64,000 nucleotides of DNA from Eledone cirrhosa. Its lineage: Eukaryota. The DNA is taken from assembly GCA_964016885.1 (NCBI GenBank), contig OZ024747.1, forward strand, positions 16,058,001 to 16,122,000. The letters run 5' to 3'. This document shows positions 1 through 14,662 of the stretch, piece by piece. The notes beneath the pieces were generated by a model. It had not been told where the DNA came from. It saw only the letters and a list, made by a program, of their open reading frames with translations, and did not search any database. Numbering within the stretch: position 1 is the stretch's first letter; every line of letters starts with the position of its first letter. The position numbers and the translations under genes were made by a program.

Positions 1-2472
1 AACCATCTTCACGGACACGTGTTTTATCAAACGGATTTTCAATGAAATTTGGTAATGTTAATAAACATTACGTAAGTGCACGAGTTGCGTTTTCAGCAGA
101 GATTAAACTTCTCGGCCACTTACTGGTTCACAACTTTTTCTATATATATATGTGTGTGTGTGAGTGTGTGTGTGTGTCTTGGACAGTGTGTGTGTGTGTT
201 TGTGTATCGGAAAAACTGTGAACCTGTAAATTGCCCATTCGAAACCTATACTAATATGAAGAAAGTAATCGATATCTAAAATATAAATACAAGTTTCTTG
301 AAACTGTTTCTTTCGAGTTAAAATAAGTTTAAATCTTGGAAAGTTTATGTTAAAAGATTGTTACTATTATTGTTTTCTGTTCAAGATAATCAAACCTTGA
401 ATAAAGAGGAACCTTTAGATGCTGCTACTTGTAATGTTATTTTTTCGTTTTCTTTTCAATTTTAGTTACTTTTAATATGTCTTTACCTATAGTTATTGTG
501 TTATTTTCTACCACATGCGTAGGTTGATTATTCAAATATAGATGTTTTTATAGCAGAAAGATTGACTCAGAAAGAAGAAAATGTCGTAGATATATATATA
601 TATATATATATATGGTAGTATATAAAAAGAAGAAAAAACAACTGAATGTAAAATAAAACTGAAACTACAAATAATGAGATATATAGTATGCATAGTCTAT
701 TCAGTAAATACAATATTTTAAATGATGTAACATATATTCTAAAACTGCAATTTCTGTCAATTCACTATTTTCTTAGAACATAAATATATCTCAAGAAGTT
801 TATGTAATAGGAAAATTCAAGAAATGCAAGAACATAAAAATTTAAGAATATTTCAGGATAAAAATTTGAAGACACGATTCAACAGTTATATTCCGAGATA
901 TAAAATAATTGAAAGAATAAGATAATATAGGATCTATAAAGAACACCTAGAATTCATATCCATTACATGAATCCAATGGACGGGCTCCCGTGACGACCAA
1001 TTTAACGAACAAAGAAAGGAGCCTTGATATTATTATTTTGTCTTTGATAATTAGTAGCCATCTCATCTCAATCGAATTTTCGATCGAATTAAGGAAACAT
1101 ACTGATCGTTTCTCAACCCCCGTTCGTATAACCGGTACAGTCATGATACTGAGGCGTTTTCAGAAAACAAGTCATCTGATGGATGCCACGGCGTTAGATT
1201 TGGGGCAATTTCATCGGGATAACTACAGGTAGAAGACAAAAAAAAGAAAATAGAACAAAACGTAAGAATTTAGTGTATCAGACACAAACATACATTTTGG
1301 TGTTAGAAATGTAGTGGAGCCGATTCCCTGTACTTAACCACCATAGAAGAATGCAACTCTAAGTTGGGAACTGGAGTATTTGATCTCAGAATTTAATAAA
1401 TTTCTGGTATATTTCCTTACGTCAAATCCAGTACCTTACTGGCATTTTGTCTCAACCAGAAAACTATAAATAGATAAATAAATAAATAAAAGTCGAATCA
1501 TACTCCTCAGAAACTAGAGCAATAAATGTACTCGAGTGGCTATGCTGCTCTTTCGAACAACTTATCACATTCACATCGACAAAATCTATGTGGTCGATCA
1601 TCTTGATAAGCATTACAATGAGATATATTTCAGTTGAGAGTCAATACTCTTTAAAAAGTTGTAATTGTCATCTTAAATATAATATATACAGGAAAGCAGA
1701 CTAGGTTTGTTGAACCAAAGCTGAGTTGAAACAAGATAATAACATGACACTATCTCACACTTCACTAAGACACAATTGATATCATTGGAATTTCCATTGA
1801 ATATGCAGAGGGAGTGATTGTTAATATCATTCAACGTCAATGTTTCCCTGTTTTTGCCGACTCCTTGGCCTCTGGAAATGTGGCAATGAAAGAATGAAAA
1901 GAGATAGTTTTATAGAAAAAAATTGAATATACTTATTTAATCCAAAGACCTACTGTATAGGTCAACATACGTCGTCATAGGAATGTTGGCAACACGATAA
2001 CAAAAGACCATGGTTTTGTATAAAGGTATATTTTATAATCATCTATATAAAACTGGAATGTTGAGAGTTATTGATGTTGTTCTTGTGGAATATGACCTCT
2101 TTGTAATACAACTTCGGGACTGTTTTCCAGACTATTTTAAACTACTTATTATTTTCATGAAATGAAATTCTATGTTATTCATACCGGCTTTTATTCATTC
2201 CAAGAGAGGCAATTGAATGCTGTCGCCTGAGATAAGTAGTCTGGTTTTACAAGTCTGTTCTTAGCAGGCTCACTCTTAGCTTAACCTTTATATTTCTCTA
2301 GGGAAAATGATGAAAATAATAAAAAAGTACAAAAAATAATCAATATATGTTGATGCTCGTGGTATCTACTATATATATTTATCGAATGAATAAACACTGA
2401 AAGTATAACAGTCAATAGTTTATTCACTATTTTAATTTATCGCTGTTTTTGTTTGCTTCTGTATTATTATTA

Positions 2473-2540
<68 letters not shown>

Positions 2541-3144
2541 AACATCATCATCATTATTATTCTTAAGCCTCATTCTATATTCTGTTTCCAAAAGAAACAA
2601 TGTAACTTACAAGCTTGCAATCGTGGCAGCTCTTCATCAAAACATAAAATAACTTTAGCAAATACATTATACAAAAGCTATAAAACAATAATAACAACAA
2701 AATAAAAAAAATATAAAATCAAAACCAAACAAACAAAACATGTATGAAATATTCTAATTCCATAGTTTGCCTGAAAAATGTGTAACAAGAATTTTCTTTC
2801 TAATTTGTCTGTTGAAATCAAACATTATTTAAAAGTTAGTTTGTATAGTTTTTACCCATTTTTTTCTTGCAGGAATTCGATATTTATTTGACAAGAGGAA
2901 ATTAAAGCTAAAGGTTAAATTACTTATGAAGCACATTTCTGAAACTGCGGACACGTGCAAACAGACACACACACAACACACACTGACACAGACAGCCACA
3001 AAAACAGAGGCACACACACACACACGTAGAAGCACGCAGGCATATATAGATATACACACATGTAGCTATACACACACGCGTAAACACCATTGCCCATTCA
3101 TAAATAATAGTTTGACTTAAAAAAACATACTTATTAATATTATA

Positions 3145-3290
3145 TTGCAGAATCGATAGAGCGTTGGAAATAATACTTTGCTGCATTTGTAATGGTTCTT
3201 TACGTTCTGAATTCAATTTCGCCTGAGGTCAAATTTGCTTCACATCCATCTACGGTCGATGAGATAAAGTACCAATAAATTACTGGAATC
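3145..3290 (+). mobile_element. Old, diverged copy of the tRNA-derived SINE
   Basis: Degenerate A box (gcagaatcgatag), B box (gaattcaatttc) and core (catccatctacggtcgatgagataaagtacca) align with the young copies. Confidence 0.65.
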
Positions 3291-3630
3291 TATTCAGAAG
3301 ACTCTACTCGCAAGTTAAAAATTGCTGGACTTAACTCTAAAGCATTATTTAGAACAATGTACATTAGATTGCAAGACAAAACATTTCTGGAATTTATTTA
3401 TAGTTTTGGATTTTACCACCTAGCTAATCTAAATCTGTTATACACAGATACACAGAAAAACATATGAATTTGGTATATTAGTTCGGTCTGATGTGTTCTT
3501 GAGCAAAATACTTCATAGGCCATTGGTATGGATTGCGACAAGCAGAGCGATCCAGTAATGGAAAGACCAATTGTTTCTTAAGCCTGGTCTGACGTTTTGA
3601 GACCTTGTTTTTCATATACATGTATATATA

Positions 3631-3757
3631 TTCTTTCTTCTGATGAAGGACTAGCGTCCAAAACGTTAAGACCTTCTTCCTGCTATATCAAGCGTTAACT
3701 TAATATATCCCTTCCATATACTGTACCGATTGTGTTGATATTTCTGTTTAACTTTTA
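3631..3757 (+). mobile_element. Short PLE-like non-coding element with a minimal hammerhead (G12 mutated), between microsatellites
   Basis: tctt-CTGATGA-a-ggac[tagc]gtcc-AAAA-cg-TT-aaga at 3636-3671; its 3' part recurs at 50459-50525. Confidence 0.6.
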
Positions 3758-3779
3758 CATACATACATATATATATATT

Positions 3780-3851
<72 letters not shown>

Positions 3852-3911
3852 TGTGTATGCATGTGCGTGGGTGTGTGTGTGTGTGTTTTTGCGTGTGTTT
3901 ATATGTTTGTT

Positions 3912-4070
3912 AGGAAATCGGGTCCCGACGGCTGATCTCTTGACGTTTCAACAGTCTGGAATTTGCTGTCGAAACGGCAAGAGCACAATCGTCTGGCCCC
4001 AACTTTCTACTATATTTACAATCTGCTATCCGAAGTATTGTGTATTCTGCTGAACAACGGTCTTACTATT
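3912..4070 (+). mobile_element. Snap-back palindromic element carrying HHR 3' halves (same family as 63675-63870)
   Basis: Imperfect hairpin 3912-4008 with GAAA-cggc..gccg-TC on both arms; tail aatctgctatccgaagtattgtgtattctg resembles actctactaccctaagtattaagtactctg near 63800. Confidence 0.65.
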
Positions 4071-4585
4071 TTAAAACTAGTTTATTCCTCATATTTATAT
4101 TAGCAATTCATCAACTTTAGTTTCAGTTATGACGCCGCGTGGGCGTGAATGTTTTCTTTAAGCCAACTACTGAAACATTTAGAAAAACGTTCTGAATATA
4201 TATAAATAGGATAGATCTAGTGTTTAAGCTTGCTCATGAAAACAATGGATATGCATTAGTGTTAGTACGTCTCTTGAGCGAAATATATTGTGCAGAGGGA
4301 TTTGTCATTTGGGTATCACGTGTACGTCACTATTTTAACTATATTTCATATGCAAGAATAAATAACATCAATAACATCACACCATTGTGAATAAAGTAAC
4401 GATAATTCAGGAGAAGATTGGAAATAAAAAGTCAGCAAATAGTAAAACAAAACAATAAATATATGGCTCCGTTGTAAAATTAGTTCTAAATGTAATAGTA
4501 TATCTAACTTCACACTTTCTTAGTGGACATAAATATAAGAAAAAGTTAACTTATGTGTAACTCGTATACACCCAAGTTCGGGGGA

Positions 4586-4617
<32 letters not shown>

Positions 4618-4948
4618 TACACATACATGTAATATTTTACGCTGACAAAGTGTCAAACGTCTGGAAAATTCCCAACTTCAATTATTAACACCCATCTATT
4701 ATAGTTTCAAGCAACTGTTCAAATACGAAAATAAATATTTATCTTTTCTATTTATTTTCGTTTCACTTTTTTATTTTAGTATTTTTGGTTTTGTAATTCA
4801 TCAATATCAAGTTCTTACTTAAAATACCAGAACAGTTACCCCCCCCCCCCCACCGACAAACACACACGCATATATATATATATATGTGTATATATATATA
4901 TATATATATTTATATATAAATATATATATATATGTATATGTATATCTG

Positions 4949-4989
<41 letters not shown>

Positions 4990-4990
4990 G

Positions 4991-5024
<34 letters not shown>

Positions 5025-5256
5025 TATTATATACTATATATATATATATTATATATATATTATATACATCGTCATGAAGTTAAATCGAACGGATTATATT
5101 TGTCTGCAAATATATAAAGTATAATCATTATATATTCGTCATAGGTTTCAGACAAGATGGCTTACTTTCAGATTATATGGGTAGAGAAAAAATGACACAC
5201 CAGTTAGATGGAGGCAAACATCTTTATACACACACACACACACACACATATATATT

Positions 5257-5323
<67 letters not shown>

Positions 5324-5355
5324 TATATTTATATTTATGATATATATATATATAT

Positions 5356-5415
5356 GCGGTGCCCCAGCATGGCCTCAGCCGGATGGCTGAAACAGGTAAA
5401 AGAGTAAAAGAGTAA
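5356..5415 (+). mobile_element. 3' tail of a second SINE/LINE family, inserted in (TA)n
   Basis: gcggtgccccagcatggcc-tcagcc[ggat]ggctga-aacagg followed by a (taaaagag) repeat tail; stem-loop plus short-repeat end typical of non-LTR 3' ends. Confidence 0.55.
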
Positions 5416-5531
5416 TATATAAATATAAATTACCGAGAATCGTATTTCGGCTTAGGAATTAACGAAAAACAACATCCGAGATGTGTGGCAAGCGCTCAAT
5501 GATTCAGATGAATCAGATCTACAACATACGT

Positions 5532-5569
<38 letters not shown>

Positions 5570-5963
5570 TATATATATAAGAGAGTATTGAAGTTTTCTT
5601 GAGGCATTATGGAATAATAAGATTTTTTTGTCTTTCGGAAGCCTCAACAATGCAGATGGGTAAATCTCCGGGTAACAGAATCCGGTGGTGAACAGAGAGA
5701 TGTAAGAGAATGTAGAATGAGATGTATAGTGTGTAGAGTAACGTAAGAAAGAGCGTAACAAATAAAAATAATAACACGAAATAGAGGTACCTTGGAAGAG
5801 ATTTAATAGTCCCTATATTTCGGATTCGCATCCATCAACTGGGTGGGGGGGGGGTTCCGGGGGTTTTCCGGGAGGGAAAGTTTTCTGTCGGAGAGGATCG
5901 GTACGTGGCCTCTGCTGTCCGCTATTTGTGTGTAACTGAGTATATATTATAATTATATTTATG

Positions 5964-5994
<31 letters not shown>

Positions 5995-6287
5995 CATATA
6001 TATATGAGATTGTACATACATGTGCTACATATAAGCCGTTCTGTTTGAATTAATATAATGAATACGGAAGAAAGTTATCTGAATAGTCTCCCAGATCAAA
6101 TAGTTGTAACAGAACAACTGGCACTTGAACAAGACCGGTTTCCTAAATCCAACCTGTGACATACATTATCATCTAACTCATCTAATTTCTAACAAAGAAT
6201 CAGCACTAAAAGCGGAATATTTCGTCGCAGCCATCCCGTAGCTACTCTTTAGCCATTTATTCGAAATGATCGAGATTTAACAACCAA

Positions 6288-6514
6288 TTAACCCTTTAGC
6301 ATTTAACTTACTCTATATTTACTATTACATTTTTGTGATAAAGCCTTTACTTCACATAATTATCTGATATAATATAGAATCTATGAGATTTTGACATTAT
6401 TGATTTTGAGAAAAATACCTCAATATCAGCATGTGTGGCTGATTACAGCAAGTTTAAACCGAAAGAGCTGTTAGATTTCTGGTCGTATACGGCTAGTTTA
6501 AATGCTAAAAGTAA
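6288..6514. mobile_element. piggyBac-like MITE (degenerate)
   Basis: TTAA-ccctttagcatttaa at left; ttaaatgctaaaagtaa at right as an imperfect inverted terminal repeat. Confidence 0.5.
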
Positions 6515-6764
6515 CAAAACGTTTTGGAACTTCTTTTTTCACAGATACGTTGTTCCTTTAACGTGGCAGAATTTTCTATAATACCTGGGTAATAAATGTC
6601 AAAAAGCACTTTGTGTGTAAATAGATTTATTAAGTAGATTTACTACTCGTTGATATTTAACAAATCCACGCCAGCTACTTTGACTGAAACAAGGAAAAAT
6701 GAAAAATAGTTCTTAATTAATGGAATATGTTATGATAGTGGTACCGACAGACGTAAGTCTGGCG

Positions 6765-7120
6765 GTGATGTCATTTATGATGATAATGATTATGAGAAGA
6801 AGGAGGTTGAAAAGAAGGAATAACAAAAGGATGAAAAAGATGATGATCGTTCTCGGGATCGTGACCATCATCATCACCCTCTTTTTATTCAGTCTTCTAT
6901 TTTCAGCATGATCATGATGATGATTATCATCATCATTATTATCATCATTATCATAATCCTCCTCCTCATGATCATCATCATCGTCGTCTTCTTCATTATC
7001 ATTATCGTCATCATTATCATCGTCACCGACGTCGTCGTTGTCATCGTTATATTTGCAGTCACCATCGCCTTTATCATCTCCTTTACAACTATACTGGTCA
7101 TCTACATCATTATAATGACT
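6765..7120. repeat. Compound (ATG)n/(CAT)n/(CGT)n low-complexity tract
   Basis: Degenerate trinucleotide repeats read directly. Confidence 0.85.
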
Positions 7121-7475
7121 AGTAGAAAAACCATCCTTCGGGTGGTTTTCTGCTGGCCTGTACATATTGATATTATATGCAAGTAGATATGATACATCAA
7201 ATAAAGTCGTAATTGACAATATACACAGAAATTGAACGAAGACTGCGTTACACTGTCTTATGTAATCAGTAACATAATCCACTGACGGAAATATATCACT
7301 GTTTATTTAAGCGATCGCTAACCGAAAGTGTTGACATTTGAACATTTGGAAGAAGTGAATCTTAAAATAAGCGACAAAATTATCATTTATTCAAAGTAAT
7401 CCAACTTATTTTACAAACGGGATAAAAAAAAATATATTCTGGACGCTGTACCGCACTCTTCCCTTTATTATAGTT

Positions 7476-7660
7476 TGGATTGGCAGTATCGGTAGAGGGT
7501 CGGACGCCATGCTTTCCAGCATAGTTACGTCCCTTTACGATCTGAGTTCAAATCCCGCCGAGGTTGACTTTGCCTTTCATCCTTACGGGGTCGATAAAAT
7601 AAAGTACCAGTAATGCACTGGGTAATTGCTGGCCTTGTGCCTAAAGTAGAAACAATTATA
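7476..7660 (+). mobile_element. tRNA-derived SINE with Nin/Deu-like core
   Basis: A box tggcagtatcggtag, B box gagttcaaatcc, core gcctttcatccttacggggtcgataaaataaagtaccag, tail gtagaaacaatta; TSD attatagttt. Confidence 0.92.
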
Positions 7661-7780
7661 GTTTAGATAACATAGTGACTGATATTGCAATCCCCCAAAA
7701 CTTTATTTTCTGTGAGAGTGTGTTTGTTTTTGAAAATTAATCTAGGACACGAGGTAATTTAGCAGAAACAAGTCTATGTA

Positions 7781-7879
7781 CAGGGTGTCCCCAAAAATGT
7801 CTACGCACTTCAACAACATTCTAATAAATATTGCCTTTACAGGTAATCAAGTTGTGTATACATTTTTTTGGATACCCTG
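7781..7879. mobile_element. 99-bp Tc1/mariner/pogo-type MITE
   Basis: ~30-bp imperfect TIRs cagggtgtccccaaaaatgtctacgcactt and aagttgtgtatacatttttttggataccctg; preceded by TA. Confidence 0.75.
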
Positions 7880-7893
7880 TTTATATATATCTA

Positions 7894-8085
7894 TAATAAT
7901 TGTTTCTACTTTAGGCACAAGGCCAGCAATTACCCAATGCATTACTGGTACTTTATTTTATCGACCCCGTAAGGATGAAAGGCAAAGTCAACCTCGGCGG
8001 GATTTGAACTCAGATCGTAAAGGGACGTAACTATGCTGGAAAGCATGGTGTCCGACCCTCTACCGATACTGCCAATCCACCGCCC
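7894..8085 (-). mobile_element. tRNA-derived SINE, full length
   Basis: Reverse complement of the 7476 copy; 21-bp TSD tttatatatatctataataat at 7880 and 8086. Confidence 0.93.
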
Positions 8086-8481
8086 TTTATATATATCTAT
8101 AATAATATAGATCTGAACAAAATACAAGAATGTCTATTATGTAAACATTTTAAATTGCTTTACCAAAATATTTATTCATCTATTTATTTCTTCATTCGCT
8201 TGTTATAACTTTTTCTCCTCTATCTTAATCAAAACAAGGAAGAAATGTGTGAAGATGTTTACACATAACAATTTTGGGAGTGCAATTCGTCAACAGATGC
8301 AATTTTGAAGTCTGATTGTTAAACTAATCAGCAATGTAGTATAGTCCACTTGATAATTACACCTACTAATTAAGTATGCAAATCACATATTTCACACGAA
8401 TAAATCAATTGCGAATTTATTCATTTCATTCAAATAATTTTCATTTGTCCATAAAATTTATTTCAGAAATATGAACAAGCA

Positions 8482-9043
<562 letters not shown>

Positions 9044-10834
9044 CCTTATTTCAAATTTCATTACCTTTTTTGGTTGTAAATGTGGTTTACGTCTCATCTG
9101 TGACACAAATGCTGTCAATATGAAATTTATATACAAATTCAAGCAATTACGGACTCCCTGGTACTATAGGCAATAGGGACACTTGATTGATTGAAATATT
9201 AATCTCTAGTAGCTTTGTATTTGTTTGTTGCTATATAATCAAACCCAGAACATGATTTATGATTATTGAATAGATACATCTCATACAATCTAGTAAACTA
9301 ATTATCTCTACTGACGTCATTGATAAGCATTCTCTCATTGTCTTGAAAGTTTGTGGGAGAATACATAGATGATTTTCTGTTTCTGTTATTTGGGATCCAT
9401 TGAGAAAGCACTATTTTATTTGCTACAGTTAATTCAGGATATTGAGATAGAGAACGAAGAAGAATTGATTCAAATATTTGACTGGTACTGTATTTACCAA
9501 TCTCCAATTAGAAGAAAGCAAAGGCAACCTCAGTGATCCAACCATAAAATCCCTGGAAATAGAGACAATGATATCATGCATGTAGAACTTCAGTGAATTC
9601 TTCTATGAGATTAGCGCTAGCATCTAAATCCTCAATTTTGCAAACCAACTTTTGATTTGTTTTGCTTCTCAGCACTTGTATGAGAGAATTTGACTAAAAT
9701 GAACAAACATATATATGACATATATCGAACATTATCCCATTAAAATTACTTAATTAATCACATAGTTTCGATTCAGTTTTATTAGATACAAAACTTTCAA
9801 GATGTTAAAATGGTGTAGATTTGTTAGGAAATTTTCTGCTACAACGAAGACCAAGTTAGTCAGGATTCAAGAGGCTTTTGCAGAAAAGGAAAATATCTAC
9901 AAAACAAGTGGCATTAAAGTAAGGCAACATCGCTACTAATGATGAGAGTGTGTGTCAAGAAACGTTGATTAATATTATGTATTTCAAAACCTGATGTTCC
10001 ACACTAACTGTGGACGCATTACATGAAAATGCGAGAACACTCTTATAAAGAAAATTGAAACTCGAATGTGGTCATGTCTTCTACAACCCATATATAAAAT
10101 AAGTACTCATCTCCATTACACGCAAGTATACACACAAACACGCACGTATACATACACCACAGCGAGCCATGTACACAAATAGAAACATACACATAACAAA
10201 ATATGTATGTATGTGTATGTATGTGTGCATATATGTATGTGTGTATGTATATATGTATGTATGCATGTATATACAAAAATATATATATGGAGAGTGTAGA
10301 GAGATATATAGAAACAGACATAGAGTGTGAAAGGGATGAATTATCGAAGAAGACACAGTAAAGGTTCATGCCCTTTCTGATTAAGCTATATTTAGCTTCA
10401 GAATCAATATTAATTTACGTTTTTAACAATTCTTTGGCGACCATGTTTTTATTAATGAGGCTAGAATGACTATGCTGTACATAGAACTTTCGTTCATTAT
10501 ATTATTTCACTTAGCAAAATTTAAATATTTAATTGAAAGCTGTTGTTTGTCTTTTCATTTATTTATAACTTGTTGCTACGTTTAGATATTAGCAGACAGA
10601 CTTGATCGTTAAAATAAAAACAACCAGATGACGTTGCTATATTTCTTTTGATTTTCTCTATGCATCAATAATATATTTAATATGACAACCATATAGATAA
10701 ATTCTTGGTCAACACACAACATATCGGAAAAGTGAGTGAGTGTATGGAACAGTTACATCATATTTAAAACACAAATCTACAATCATATAACTCAGTGCAG
10801 ATATATATGAGCTAGTAATGTATAGGTAATGTAA

Positions 10835-11195
10835 ATAATTGTTTCTATTTTTGGCACAAGACCAGCAATTATACCAGTGCATTACTGGTGCTTTATTTTA
10901 TAGACCCCGTAAGGATGAAAGGCAAAGTTAACCTCGATGGGATTTGAACTCAAACCATAAAGGGCCCGACCCTCTACCGATAGTTCCAATCCACTCCTAG
11001 GTAATGTAAATAATTGTTTCTACTTTTGGCACAAGGCCAGCAATTACCTAGTGCAGTACTGGTACTTTATTTTATCGACCCTGTAAGGATGAAAGGCAAA
11101 GTTAACCTCGGCGGGATTTGAATTCAGAATGGCAAGGGCCGTAACTCTATGCATCAAAGCATGGTGTCCGACCCTCTACCGATACTACCAAATCC
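10835..11195 (-). mobile_element. Two adjacent SINE copies (10835-10997 with an internal deletion; 11010-11195)
   Basis: SINE consensus twice; taggtaatgtaaataat duplicated at 10823 and 10998 as the TSD of the first copy. Confidence 0.9.
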
Positions 11196-11657
11196 CTTCA
11201 TTTGCCTTTTGGTTTCAGAGAGTGACCCAAAGCTAACGAGATCAACACATTCAGCCACAAGTATTAACAATGATGCTATAAACGAAAGTGTATTCAATTG
11301 TTTTAAGTAATTGTGTCTGGCGATGCATGACATAATTGGATGTATTGCACATCTGATACATTTTGAAGAAAATATTCATAATTGCACCACGATGAATATT
11401 TATGTCGCAGAGAGATAAAATATCTAGTTGATAAAGTGTAGTTAAGTGGGTAAATAAATTCAATTTCGAAACAGCAAACAGTTACAGTATGATCGAAATA
11501 CATTTATGGAGTAAAAGTGTTAATGGAAGTCGATTTTTCCTTGACTACTCTGAGAGAAATTAATTGCCAGACATGTTTCGGTCGTATTAGAAATCATCAG
11601 CAAAAATATGTTTTATTACAACTTCGGCCCAGCGTCCGATTTTCTATAGATGAAATA

Positions 11658-11843
11658 TACTTGTTTCTACTTTTGGCACAAGGCAGCAATTATCCCAGTG
11701 TATTACTGGTGCTTTATTTTATCGACCTCGTAAGGATGAAAGGCAGAGTTAACCTGGGCGGGATTTGAACTCAGACCATAGAGGGCCGTAACTCTTTGCT
11801 GCAAAGCATGGCATCCGACCCTCTAACGATACTGCCAACCCAC
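11658..11843 (-). mobile_element. tRNA-derived SINE
   Basis: Matches consensus; TSD ctatagatgaaatata. Confidence 0.9.
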
Positions 11844-13338
11844 TATAGATGAAATATAATAGTGGAGAGTGTATTCCGTTATTTAATAAAACTGACGCCC
11901 GGTTCGCCTTTCTTATGGCGCACAACGCAATACAATAACTTTAATGAAATTTGAATTCACGAACAAGGGCTTAATAACTACAGTAAGTTGATTTAGCAGA
12001 TATTTTGACTCTTAGTTAAACTGATACGATTTTTTTAATCTGTTTGTTATATCTGTGCTTTTTTTGGCAGAAGATTTTAAATTCCAATCACAACAAAGCC
12101 ATCAGTATTTATTGGTTCATGACAATAATCGAATTTGGTTTGCTTCTGATAACTCAAGTCAAAGTTCATATTTATCTCTGACCTTTCACCTACTAATCTT
12201 ATCAGATGAATTAATTTGCTTCATCTGTTTTCTCTATCTATTTCCTAATAACTTCTGATTCGGAAGATATGTGCATTTCTGTTAATGGTACACATTAGAC
12301 TTACACTAATTCTACGATTCTGTAATTGGATGAATTTAACGAGAAAGATATAAAAAAAACCTTTATAATGAGTGTCATGACCTTTTTGTTTCATATCTTG
12401 AATGCATTCTAAATCAATTCTCTAATTTTAGGTATCCCACAAAAGAGTATAAAAAGGAAGAATACAATGTTTCCGTTACAAAATTCATTAAAATTTGAAT
12501 AGTATATGTTTTATCTGACATTCTATTACTGATAAAATTATCTAAAACCAATTATATAAACTTTAAAAAATTCTCTTCACCAGTATCTTTACACATAATT
12601 TATATTACTAAGATTATTCTACTGTCATATGGAATACAAAATGTAATAAATGAAGCCAGCTAGTATGTTTAGCTTGTTGGTTGACGAAAAACCCTTCCAA
12701 CATTTTGCTAACATTTAATTTAAAAACATGTAGATGCAAGCGTTACAGTATCGGAAAAAACAATTCACTACGAAACTTAAGTTTATTTCTAATACAAATA
12801 AAGCCAAAGGGATCTATTATCAGAGACATTTCCACCGTGTCAACTCTATTCCGTCTCAGAAATAATGTGGGACCGATAATTTAAGTATTTCAATTGAAGA
12901 AATAAAACGTTCGTAGTTATAAATTCTTTATTAATTCCAGAACTGCTTTGATAAAGTAAACCTATGTCAAAACGTCCAGAATTCAGTGCACATTCGTATT
13001 CATTCGGTGGTGGTGGTGGTGATGGGGGGAGGGGGGGGGGGGGGGGTGTATGTGCGTGTGTGCCTGTCTGTGTCTGAAAATGTGGTTGTATACATACATA
13101 TATATATGCTTAGTGGTCACCGATCTGTGCAGTTCGTTTGTCTACCAGCATATCAAGAAAACAAATTATACATGTTCTATATATTTTATCTGAGGAGGAC
13201 ATGTGTTGCTTTATGTTATACATAAAACTTTACAACTTCAAAATATATATAATGAAATAAATAGAGATTATATGAAATATATATCATTATTATTATAGAT
13301 GTAATGATAGATAGATATAATGATATAGATAGATATAA

Positions 13339-13818
13339 CCCGCCGAGGTTAACTTTGCCTTTCATCCTTACGGGGTCAATAAAATAAAGTACCAGTAATA
13401 CACTGGTTAATTGCTGGCCTTGTGCTTAAAGTAGAAACAATTATTATTATAGATATAGGGCGGTGGATTAGCAGTATCGGTAGAGGGTCGGACGCCATGC
13501 TTTGCCGCAGAGTGTTACGGCCCTTTATGATCTGAGTTCAAATCCCGCCGAGATTAACTTTGCTTTCATCCTTACGGGGTCGATAAAATAAAGTACCAGT
13601 CACGCACTGGTGTCAATTTCATCGATTTTTCCCTCCTCCCAAAATTGCTGGCCTTGTGCCTATATAAGAAACCATTATTATTATATATATAGGGCGGTGG
13701 ATTGGCAGTATCGGTAGAGGGTCGGACGCCATGCTTTGCAGCATAGTTACGTCCCTTTATGATCTGAGTTCAAATCCCGCCGAGGTTAACTTTGCCATGT
13801 GCCCAAAGTAGAAACAAT

Positions 13819-13820
<2 letters not shown>
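13339..13820 (+). mobile_element. Head-to-tail cluster of three SINE copies (5'-truncated; full long variant; internally deleted)
   Basis: 13339-13450, 13458-13683 (extra segment gtgtcaatttcatcgatttttccctcctccc), 13692-13820. Confidence 0.9.
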
Positions 13821-13896
<76 letters not shown>

Positions 13897-14596
13897 TATA
13901 TATACACACACACAAATATATGTATATAAAATTATTGAATATAAGTAGGGAAAGGGAGTGAAAGAGAAAGAACCAGTTTTCAAAAATATGTGGAATACTT
14001 CAATTCCATTATTTCTGTTTCTTCAATGTACGGGATCTGATTAGCCAGTAAGACAGGAGAGATGTCAAACCTGGAATAGGCTCTGTGCTCTTAATATTGT
14101 TAATATGTGATAATTTGTTTTCACAAAAGACAAATTGCTACAAAATTGCAATATTGTGCCATGGGTTTTTTTTGTTTTGTCGCTTGAGTATCTTTGCTTC
14201 CAAAGTATATTGATTTGTTTGTGTGTTGAAGTATGTAAAGATTTAATGCTGATAAGTTGTCCCAAAGGACAAGCACATTAATTTGCAGTTTCTAGTGTCA
14301 GGTATCACCAAATCATGAAGCTTTATTTTTATATGTCGTATGAATTAAATTATCCGTAATGGAAAAACTTATCCCGATTGTATATTGTAAAATTGAGTGT
14401 ATAAAATAATTATACCAACACATTATCACACAGATCACACACATAGGGTGAATACATACAAACAAAACACACATGTGTTTATCTATATATATATATTCCT
14501 GTATGTGTGTGTATAACGTTTGTATGTATTTTTTGTAAATATATTTTGTATACACACACACACACACCCATACATATATATATGCGTGTGTGTGTG

Positions 14597-14662
<66 letters not shown>

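Noticed and set aside
5583-5940. Insert between (TA)n tracts with two minus-strand stem-GAAA motifs
   Set aside because: Probably a related element, but the CUGANGA boxes and stem I are too degraded to call
9270-10035. Possible hAT or pogo transposase relics
   Set aside because: Only faint, frameshifted motif resemblance; not supportable by eye
13458-13550. SINE heads as tRNA genes
   Set aside because: A/B boxes are present but no cloverleaf; always fused to the SINE core and tail
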